Source of the DNA: Lineus longissimus
Taxonomy: Eukaryota
DNA length: 64,000 bases
Direction of reading: 5' to 3'
NCBI RefSeq assembly: GCF_910592395.1
Contig: NC_088308.1
Location: 930,001 to 994,000, forward strand
In this document: one piece after another, positions 55,494-64,000 of the stretch
Numbering within the stretch: the stretch's first letter is position 1
How the letters are laid out: each line of letters starts with the position of its first letter
Made by a program: the position numbers and the translations under genes
The notes under the pieces: generated by a model
Databases searched by the model: none
The model's input: only the letters and a program-made list of their open reading frames with translations
Told to the model about the DNA's origin: nothing

Positions 55494-55510
55494 AATAAAA
55501 ACATATTAAA
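55494..55510 (+). promoter_or_regulatory. Probable TRPC polyadenylation signals (AATAAA 55494-55499, ATTAAA 55505-55510)
   Basis: Tandem hexamers followed by T/GT-rich sequence, just before the next gene; another AATAAA at 55234. Confidence 0.5.
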
Positions 55511-55830
55511 AGTTTTTTTAAGAACTTGTTTGAGATTTTCCTTCATTCACAAATGCTGCAAAGGCTTTCTCAACATTAGCATATTACGCTAAGTATCCAA
55601 GTGATAGAGACAATGATCAAATAAATCATTTGGCTTGTGGTGCCTCTCAAAACTTGATTCCACTGCCGTGCTGAGACTAAATACCAACACATCTGAGTGA
55701 CTTCAAACACGTACGATAATGGGTATGTACATCGCCCCGAGCAGAGATCATGGCGGAGTTCAATAGTCATTGGATTACATGTTGACAAGTTGACGGCAGT
55801 ATCTATGACTAGAGAAAACGACAACATAAT

Positions 55831-58500
55831 ATGGGCCTGGTATTTCTAGCTATCTGTAAGTAAACACTTTTCGTTTTCCTCACTTGCCTTATTTTCAAAG
55901 AAGTTCGCTCATGTTGCTTCTTTCTTTTGATATAACGACCAACGTCAAAGAGGTTTCGTGAAGAGGCTGATGGCCTTACCATACATGGTCAATCCAAGAT
56001 TTCTGATCCCTTATAGAATAACGATTTATGCCCTTTTGTGTTTGACAACGAACTTGGCTGTGACAGCCGAAACTTGAAAACAATTTCAACTCTTTTCCTT
56101 ACAGTATTATGTTGTTGGAGTTCTGGACCGGTTATAGAAGAAGGCAGAAGTGAGTACCATTAAATCACTGCAACTGAACTGAGATGGCTCTTAGCGAACT
56201 CTGAACATACTATCTATAACCGTTGAATCTATAACATAAAGTATATACCGGTAAGTCAGGTAGGCCTACATATCGGTACCTTGAAGCTGATATCCTTGCA
56301 TAAAAACCCTAACGGCCAAGTTAGAAGACACTAGCGCCCGTCCGCCTGGTTCATGTCTGGAACGCCCGTCAGCGATGTTTCAAACGTCCTCAGATGATAG
56401 ACTACCAGCAGGCCGTAGTGGCGCTACGTGTTCACCAACAGACTACTGGCTATGGAGCATCAGTGCCTATATCTTACTACAAGTGACCATTGCGACCATT
56501 GCTTGAAATCAAATGCCTCCTTATCAGACAGTTCCTCAATACACGCATGGTTTTGATACTAGCAAAGCGGGAAATTGTTTTGCATCTTTAAAACTCGAAA
56601 AATAGCTGCGTGCTCCTATACTCATCACAGGGGGACATGTTCATCTCCTGTCATGGATTCACTTTGCCAATATTGTAAAAGGGCAAATTTTAAAGGCCGC
56701 TTTGAAACTGAAAATGGAACAGATGGCACAAAAGACGCCATTCTGTCAAGCCTGTACGTGAAATGAAAAACTGAAAAATATGTTTATCTCCAACAACCGC
56801 TTCCTGGCATAGTGGGTAAGACGGCAAGGCTCAAGTGGCGAGGGTTCCGAGTTCGAACCCATTCGAGGAATTTTTTTCAATTTTTCTTTACACGAGAGCG
56901 TCTCTGTGACCTGTCTCGTCAATGAATTTGTTGTTTGTGTAGTCAAGTGAGACCAGTCGCTGGGTGTCTGTCATGTTTCAAGTGCAGTTGGTGGTCGAGC
57001 GTTTGTATTTTAACTAGGTCGTTAGGGTTTTTATCCATGCATCTCAGCTTTAAGTTCCAATATTGCTTTTTTTAGAGTCGACGGTTTTTAAGGGTTCGAT
57101 GGGCGCGGCTGCTTGCAGGAGAGCGTGCCAAAATGGCGGCAAGAGGTGCGTCGCAATGCATGACGGGACGACTGCGCCGGGAGTTTGCTATTTATTCACC
57201 AAGGATGGGAGCGGCCTCGCAGGCGTCAAGGGAGTGCAGGACTATGCGGGAAAGCCTTACTTTAAAGCAAGTAAGTACATGACTTCAACAGATTTATTTG
57301 CAGAACGTTCTATGTAGCCATCTCCATGCTTTTGCGACGGAAACATGTGCCGGTGAGCGCTTCGGCATGCGGTAGCTGATCACAGAGCCGAAGAACTGCG
57401 GCGGAAAACCAAACTGTTGTCGAATCAAGACCTGTTGTCGGGTCAAGGCCTGTTGCTACTAGCGGATCGGAGCCTATTTCAATTGGCTATGTTGCTACTT
57501 TTGTCGCAGTAGCAAAATTACGCTCAGCCCCGTTGCGTATATTCTTCAAATGAAACGAACGAGCCATGATCTGCAGGTCACCAAATAACCGCTGAAGTTA
57601 GTTTTGTTTTCCTATGGCGGCAGAAAGGTATCCATTTAATAAGTATCATATCTCTCGCCAGAGAACATCTTCAGGAACACCACGATCTTCGAGGATGAAG
57701 AATGCGAGGAAGTATGCGACAAACTCAAGAGAGATAAAGAAATACGAGGCAAATGCAAATACTTCTTCGATGGCGACGGGTCCGTGTGCTACGCTTTTGC
57801 CAATCGTTGTAGTAAACGGTCCCCCACGGCTGCCCAGGAGTGTAGAGGTTGTAAGGTTTTCGGTGAGTGCTCTTTGTTAACGAGATGTTCCACTTTTGCT
57901 TTCAGTTACATGACCTGCTAGGCTTGGCCTACATAACTTGCTTTAAAACGAACACGCCATTCTCTCAGTCAGCTACATGCGATTTACGATGTCGATTTCC
58001 ACCTTGAGGCCACGTTACGTTTTCAGCCTTCTGTGTCAATTAACGAACTTGTTCGTGACAGGTGACTCGTGCAAGTGACAACAAGAATCCTTATACTTTT
58101 GTTTCACGGATTTAAGATTGGTTCAGTATTCAATTCAAGCTGCATGTGGTCGTTTTGTGCCTTTCAACATGTTCAGTTATTCTTCATAGTTGACTGTACT
58201 ATTCTGTTTGCTTTTAAAGGTAGAAGGAAACGCCAGGGAAAGAGCAGACAGTTAAAGGGCAAAGGCAGGGCAAAGGGCAAACGTGGAAAAGGTAAAGGTA
58301 AAGGTAAAGGTAAAGGTAAAGGAAAGAGGAAAGTTAAAGGGAACGGCAAGGGAAAAGGAAAGGGGAACGGCAAGGTGAAAGGAAAGGGGAACGGCAAGGT
58401 GAAAGGAAAAGGAAGAAAAAAAGGGAGACGGAAAGTGAAAGCGAAAAGGCGTAAGGGAACGAGCACGGGCACCGTCCAGGGCAACACTAATACAGGCTAA
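55831..58500 (+). CDS. Uncharacterised secreted protein, 248 aa: signal peptide, two PAN/Apple-like Cys modules, Lys/Gly-rich basic tail
   Basis: Exons 55831-55855, 56105-56149, 57076-57270, 57662-57862 and 58220-58500; all introns GT-AG and phase 1; 747 nt. N-terminus MGLVFLAILLCCWSSG; modules CRRACQNGGKRC...CYLF and CEEVC...CKYF...CYAF; stop TAA at 58498. Confidence 0.8.
56799..56878 (+). mobile_element. tRNA-derived SINE-like head (not a functional tRNA)
   Basis: Box A TGGCATAGTGG, box B AGTTCGAACCC, T-run terminator; no acceptor stem. Confidence 0.5.
57076..57270 (+). CDS. Exon 3 of the secreted protein: PAN/Apple-like module 1
   Basis: C-x3-C-x6-C-x12-C-YLF; tttag acceptor and A|GTAAGT donor. 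Confidence 0.8.
57662..57862 (+). CDS. Exon 4 of the secreted protein: Cys-rich module 2 (frame not in ORF track)
   Basis: NIFRNTTIFEDEECEEVCDKLKRDKEIRGKCKYFFDGDGSVCYAFANRCSKRSPTAAQECRGCKVF; G|GTGAGT donor. Confidence 0.8.
58220..58500 (+). CDS. Exon 5 of the secreted protein: RRKR then KG-repeat tail
   Basis: Phase-1 acceptor; GRRKRQGKSRQLKGKG...; varied codons as well as (GGTAAA)5 and 24-nt repeats. Confidence 0.75.
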
Positions 58501-59885
58501 GAAGTTTAGCTTTGAGGAGGTTATACAACGCATTGAAAGGTCGTCAACCCAATGGATATTGAACATCCAGTTTGAGTTGAATACCTAAGTCTGTTTAGAA
58601 GGACACTACGACAGCATAGAGACCTACGTTTTCACATGTATCTTTAATTTATGCTTGGTGACATGAAGAACAAACAAGTCTCTTCCAAAGAGTGGGCTGC
58701 ATACGATTCACGATGTCATTTTTCACCCTCGGTTAATGCCAGATGATTTCAAGCTCAAGTCAACGAGAATGCTCGTGAGAAGTGACAAGTGAATCGTGAC
58801 AACAGAAATCCTATGTAAACCCCCGAGACCATCGAATGAATTTGGATGTTTCCTAACGTTGATAACCACTATGAAATATTGCAGTCGATGTGAATCTATG
58901 GCGGCAGCACCAATGCATAACTCGATAAATGGACAAATCCATTGTCCTGCGATCTGTACTATCCTTGGATGAGTACCTTTATAACCAGCAATCAGGTTGT
59001 TCCATCGTCTGTCCTGTATTACCTTCAGATAGCCCTTAGGTTCCAGGGCCACCATTGAGTGGCTTGCCAATCCGCTCGAATAACTCAATATTGGCAACGG
59101 ATTCACACTCAACCACGTATTCACATACAACAGCAGTAGCACACACAACAGATTCACACACAACTGCAATTGCACATTGCGGATTCACACAAAGCTGAAA
59201 CGGCACACAATCAACGATTCACACACAACCACATTCCCCAATAGATCGCCAGTGCTAGAGTGGGGGAGTGAATTCCGATAGCAACAGCCCCGCCAGCATC
59301 CAGAATTGAGGGGTGGAAGGTGGGCATCACAGCCCCCTTAAAAACGTTTGAGAAACGATTCGGGTGAGTCTATTGTGTTCCCAAACCAGGCTGGGACAAC
59401 ATGACAAGCTGTAATCGCGCAAAGACGTTGATTCTCAGATGTCCCTACCTTTCCTTTTTGTAGTTTGTTACCTACCTGACCAGGTTCTTCCACATTTGAT
59501 CAGTATCCGCTCATCCGACAAGAAGGCATGGTGACGAATGGGGCGATCGGTCATGCCCGCCATTTTGAAGAAAAACAGTGCTGCATTTCGGTCAAGCAAG
59601 AAGACGGGAAGCGCATATTGGTTGAGAGAAGCTAAAATAGCGGCTACAATATATCGTCTTGTTCGTCCCAGTGAGACCAGCTGGAACTAACAGACTTTCT
59701 ACTTTGTGGCTCGTGATTAGATGACTGTTTACACATCAAAAACACAGTCAGTATTAGTAAATCAAGTGCATGGTACTGATGATAAGTACACAATCTTTGT
59801 CTTATCTTCAAAGTTACTGGACTCAATTGGGATGCCCTCTCACATTTTCTAGAATAGACCCCAAAAGATTCACCGGAATCATTTG

Positions 59886-62800
59886 TCAAAAGATCTCAGA
59901 GAGGTCAAATACACTTCTTTCGGAACATTTCACTCCTAAGATTGCACCTGCCACAAAGGATGCCAGTGAGTCTATAGCCACCCGTAACCGGCATATCAAT
60001 TTGAATCACCACCATACCAATTGTTTTTAAAGATATGAAGAACATACTTACCAAGAACTGTTAAAGCTAAAACATCGGACATGTCACTAGCTAGGCCACC
60101 CTTGAAGGCCTGGCAGCTGTAAAGTCCAGCATCAGAGGTTACAGCAGCTTTAGTAAATGTAGCGCCCGAGACATCAGACGTGAAGATAGTCCCACCCTTG
60201 AACCATTTCCAGGATTGAGGAATAGGTGGGCTTGGTCCCTTTGTGCAGGTTAAGGTAAGGGTTGCTCCACTAGTGACTGTCGTATACGTTTTGATAATGC
60301 CACCTTCCTGGATTACCGGTTTGTCTGGAGCCACTGTTATGAGACAGACATGATGGGTGATATGAATGAAGACTCGTGTTCATATGATTGTACAGATCAA
60401 CAGCGGCATCGTCACTAGGCTAACACATGCTACCACTCTTGGAGAGGGATGAACACGTTGAGACTGGTATCTTCGCGAGGCAACTTTTAACCAGGATTTC
60501 CTCGCAAATTTAGCGACCTCGACCATCCTTTGTTGTCGTTTGAGTACCAAGCACGTCGACAAACAGATCTAGCCTTCAAATCGGAGAAAGATGGGAGAGA
60601 ACTGACCCCTTTACTGCAACGCTTTTTCTGGTAACGTATTGTATTGCAGGTTTTGTAATTTTGTGTAACATTACTATTAATTTTGTGATCACACTACAGG
60701 TGAGTGACAAGAGGTTACCCAGTAACCTTTGGCCAGATCTATCTGAAAAACACTTTACAAATCCACTGCCAAAACCGAAAGCTGATAATACCCACCATTA
60801 ACTGTCAATGTTAAAGAGTCGGACACAACACTATCTCGCCCATCTTTGACGGCCTTGCACATGTACGTCCCAGCATCACGTGCTTCAGCAACACGAGCTA
60901 ACATCGCGCCCGACACATCTGTTGTGAATATTCCGCCACTCTTGTACCACTTCCATGAATCAGGGGTGACTCCCCCCGGGCCCTGGGTGCAGGTCAACAC
61001 CAACAGGCTACCTTCATTGACTGTGAAGGCGGTCTTGGGAACGCCGCTTTTCTTTTCGACAATCGATGGTTTGTCAGGACCCACTGTAATGAGACACGTT
61101 GTGACTGGTCGACTCGTAAGCGGGTTTATACAAATGGATTGATACTCTTGGCTAATTCTCGTCATCCAAATCGAACGAGATGATTTTCTCCAGGATGAAA
61201 GCGGCCTCGGGCTCTTAGACCGGAGAAAATCAGATTTGGATGACGAGGATTAGTCACGAGTACAGTTATTTATCGTACCACGTATCCCCAGAAATATCAA
61301 GAAAATGACGATCATGCGGCAAATTTTTTTTCAGCAGAAGTGTGAAACCCTTCATCCGAGATGCGTACTTATTTTGGACAGTTTTTGTTTGTCCCCCTTC
61401 AAGAGCTATTCTGCTAACAGGCCGTTTTTTTCTGAATAACCCAACACTCTTACTGCCATACATATCAACGCTTGGCTCTATAAACTCCGAACCGGTATAC
61501 ATGTCTCTAACATATTCCAGTTAGATATACATGTACACTGCTTACCCAAGGCTGCGGTTGTGGTTTGGGCCATTGTGGTGGTTACGGCATTAGGATCGAT
61601 GACACTCATGAACAGAACATCGGAAGGGAAACTGGCATCTCCACCTTTGAACGATTGGCAGGTGTAAAGTCCGGTGTCAGATAACTGTGCTTTCCCACTG
61701 AACACTGCGCCTGTGACACGCGCTGTGAATCGTACATCACTTTTGTACCACGCCCATGCATCGGGGGTTAACTTCCCTGGTGGCGCGCACGTAAAGGTGA
61801 ATGCAGCTCCAATATTCACTGTTGCAGATGTTTGTACCGTTTTGCTGGTGTCAAGAATATAAGGCTTTGGGGCTGGGATTGCTGTGGAAATAAGAATGCA
61901 CTTATACAACTTAACCAATCCAACTGGGAGACGGGCTCAACGTTTGATAACATGTGCTTTCGCATTCGTTCTTCCAAGAGAACCTCTGAGCATGTTGATA
62001 ACGGATGGATATATCACACTCTTCAGGTTTGGGTAATATATGAAATGTAGATGGCCACTCCTCAAGCTTTCGTCCAATCATATCCAGTTTAACTTACTCA
62101 CCTCCGAAGCAATACATCTTCTTGTAAACATGTACCTCAGCTTCCGTGAGAGCGTGTGCATTGTACAAGACAAGGCAGGCCAATTCCATATCAAGTCCAC
62201 CGATTTCAGTCGTTGAGCCTTTATGGTGCAAGATGCCTGCTCCGAGATCTTTGTATTCGCACACGGTATTGATACAGGACATCGCAATTCCGGTAGAGAA
62301 GTTGTACGAGGCGGCTATGTAGGTAAATTCCGAATCTGAAACGCGCGAGGTTGTTTCATGGGTATACTTGGTTCCATTTTGCGCAAGAAGGGATAGCCCA
62401 AGCTGGAAAATTAGAATCACAATAGCATCAGCATGACCTGGTGGTGTTCGATGAGTGATGACAATCATACTGTCAACCTGAGCAACCTCATTTCTACCAG
62501 AGTCTCAATAAATCATTGTAAGGATTCTACGTGGTATTTCACCACGATCAGGCGAAACGACAGTGCATTACAAAAGTGCGGGGGAAATCATTAGTTACTC
62601 ATTTTCTATTTATTCCACTCTCATTCTACCAGTGCTTCTCTATTCTTTATCAAGTCACCGTAACTCAAGAATCGCGTGTGTTCTGAAGAGAGACAATGGC
62701 CTTTTGTTACCAACAGCTTACAATCATGTAATTAACTAATAAATTGAGCTGTTCTGTGTGTGTCAATTACTGATCCCTTCTTTGTGTGACGAGACACTTG

Positions 62801-63814
62801 TCTTTATCTTTGATAAAATATAGTTTACATCAACACTATTTTAGTTCGAGCTGTCTCAACCTTAAATCATCTTGAACAAGGGCAAGTGCCCCTAAACCAC
62901 AATTACGTTTCTGCTACAAGTTAATGCTGCTTATAACATCAAAGAAAACATCTACTCCTTTCTCCTCACCTGTGTCCCTTTTAAGTAGACACCATCAGCA
63001 GGAAACGTATGCCATCTGATGACAACATTCATGTTGCTGACGACGACTGGGTCTACAAAGGCAGTCACCGTAAAACTTCTATGAGCATCCAGGAAAGAGT
63101 TAGTCTTCAACTTGGCAGTTTCAACGAAGGCGTAGGCTGAACAACACTTTCCATCTGGACCAACGAGAGCGAAAGAAAGCGCTGAATCAGGGAGATGGTT
63201 CCCATTGCCCGATAAATCAAATCCTTTCCTATGCCCGTTTAAAGGCCATATGGCCGAAGGGACGGGTATAGACCTACCCCATGTTCCTGAAGTGAAAACC
63301 TACAGTGAGACGAATAGATCATTAGGAGCGGACCCACAGTCTTCGACGGAGTAACTTGTCAAGCTTTTAAAGTGTTTTTCAGATAGATCGGGCCAAAGGT
63401 ACTTGGCTGACCTCTTGTCACTAAACTGTAATAGTGTGATCACAAATAGTAATGTTACACAGCCCTTGGTAGTTGATGTCATAGTTAACCGGCATTAGTT
63501 GACATCGCTCAAGAGCTATACTCTGTTTCTTCAGCATTAGTTAGGCTTACCTAGTGTTGTGCAACACCACTGTTTTTGGTAAATGTGATCTGGTCGTATT
63601 AGTACCTTTGAATAGGACGATATGAAATACACTTTACCTCGAGAATCCCAGCTGCGTGATGTCATTTTTAAAGTGGAAGTTAGAAGCGAGAGGGAAGTGA
63701 TGCTTACATACGAATATTTGTAGTTGAAACAGCCGAATGTCCAGTTGACAAAAGATTCTACCTACCTCCGGAGATAAGATCCGATAAGATCAACAGAAGT
63801 ATATATCCAATCAT
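59886..63814 (-). CDS. Secreted or extracellular protein: signal peptide, LamG/pentraxin-like (ConA-like) domain, three Ig domains; ~544 aa; last exon uncertain
   Basis: Exons 63814-63766, 63286-62970, 62402-62102, 61881-61546, 61083-60796, 60333-60052 and tentatively 59947-59886; GT-AG introns with consistent phases; MIGYILLLILSDLISGGTWG; WPLNG...DLSGNGNH...GPDG; Ig LTC..W(Y/F)K..D(A/T)GxYxC in three copies. Confidence 0.82.
60052..60333 (-). CDS. Ig domain 3
   Basis: LTC...WKWFK...DAGLYSC; phase 1-1. Confidence 0.9.
60796..61083 (-). CDS. Ig domain 2
   Basis: LTC...WKWYK...DAGTYMC; phase 1-1. Confidence 0.9.
61143..61262. mobile_element. Small hairpin MITE in an intron of the LamG-Ig gene
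   Basis: ctaattctcgtcatccaaatc..tgattttctcc pairs with ggagaaaatcagatttggatgacgaggattag. Confidence 0.65.
61546..61881 (-). CDS. Ig domain 1 plus Thr-rich linker
   Basis: FTC...WYK...DTGLYTC, then TTTMAQTTT; phase 1-1. Confidence 0.9.
62102..62402 (-). CDS. LamG-like domain, second half
   Basis: FTYIAASYNFSTG...IGG...LACLVLYNAHALTEAEV; phase 0-1. Confidence 0.85.
62970..63286 (-). CDS. LamG-like domain, first half (absent from ORF track)
   Basis: 105 open codons: SAIWPLNGHRKGFDLSGNGNH...GPDGKCCSAYAF...LDAHRSFTVTAFV. Confidence 0.82.
63367..63636. mobile_element. MITE family A (~260 bp; TTAA-AG terminus, Kolobok-like)
   Basis: TIRs aaagtgtttttca..ggccaaaggtact and agtacctttg..tgaaatacacttt; shared core ctgacctcttgtcactaaactgtaatagtgtgatcacaaatagtaatgttacacagcc. 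Confidence 0.75.
63766..63814 (-). CDS. Signal-peptide exon of the LamG-Ig gene
   Basis: ATG then hydrophobic ILLLIL; G|GTAGGT donor, phase 1. Confidence 0.7.
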
Positions 63815-64000
63815 ATTGAAGTATTCAGACACGCGCCGCTTTTGTCGACATGTCCTCAGCCAGCTTCATTATAACCAGATCTACGAATATACGTAGATAT
63901 TTCAAACTGAGTGAAAATAGTCGGACACATGAGACAAACTCCAATCGATATCTTGGAACAACCAATCATATTCTGAGATGTTCATGATCACGTGACGATT

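Noticed and set aside
58173..58566. Minus-strand Pro/Phe/Leu-rich ORFs
   Set aside because: Antisense shadows of the KG-repeat exon.
58723..59175. 150-aa minus-strand ORF with a hydrophobic N-terminus
   Set aside because: Non-ATG start; the N-terminus comes from a CA-rich simple repeat and the C-terminus runs into a family C MITE; no motif.

Overview
Eukaryotic (animal, probably marine invertebrate) genomic DNA with GT-AG introns and no prokaryotic features. I assembled three genes by hand from splice sites and reading-frame phase. (1) A TRPC-type cation channel on the + strand: at least 14 coding exons, 38232-51416, about 1055-1060 aa, with candidate upstream exons and a probable ~4 kb 3' UTR. 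(2) A 5-exon, 248-aa secreted protein on the + strand (55831-58500): signal peptide, two PAN/Apple-like Cys modules, an RRKR site and a 93-aa Lys/Gly tail with no acidic residues. (3) A convergent - strand gene (63814 to about 59886): signal peptide, LamG/pentraxin-like jelly-roll and three Ig domains. The first ~33 kb is gene-poor. It holds a ~31-copy 62-bp minisatellite, other tandem repeats, several MITE families, a duplicated element with an internal tRNA-like segment, an orphan PAN-like exon and degraded coding relics. All domain and family names come from motif recognition, not database searches.
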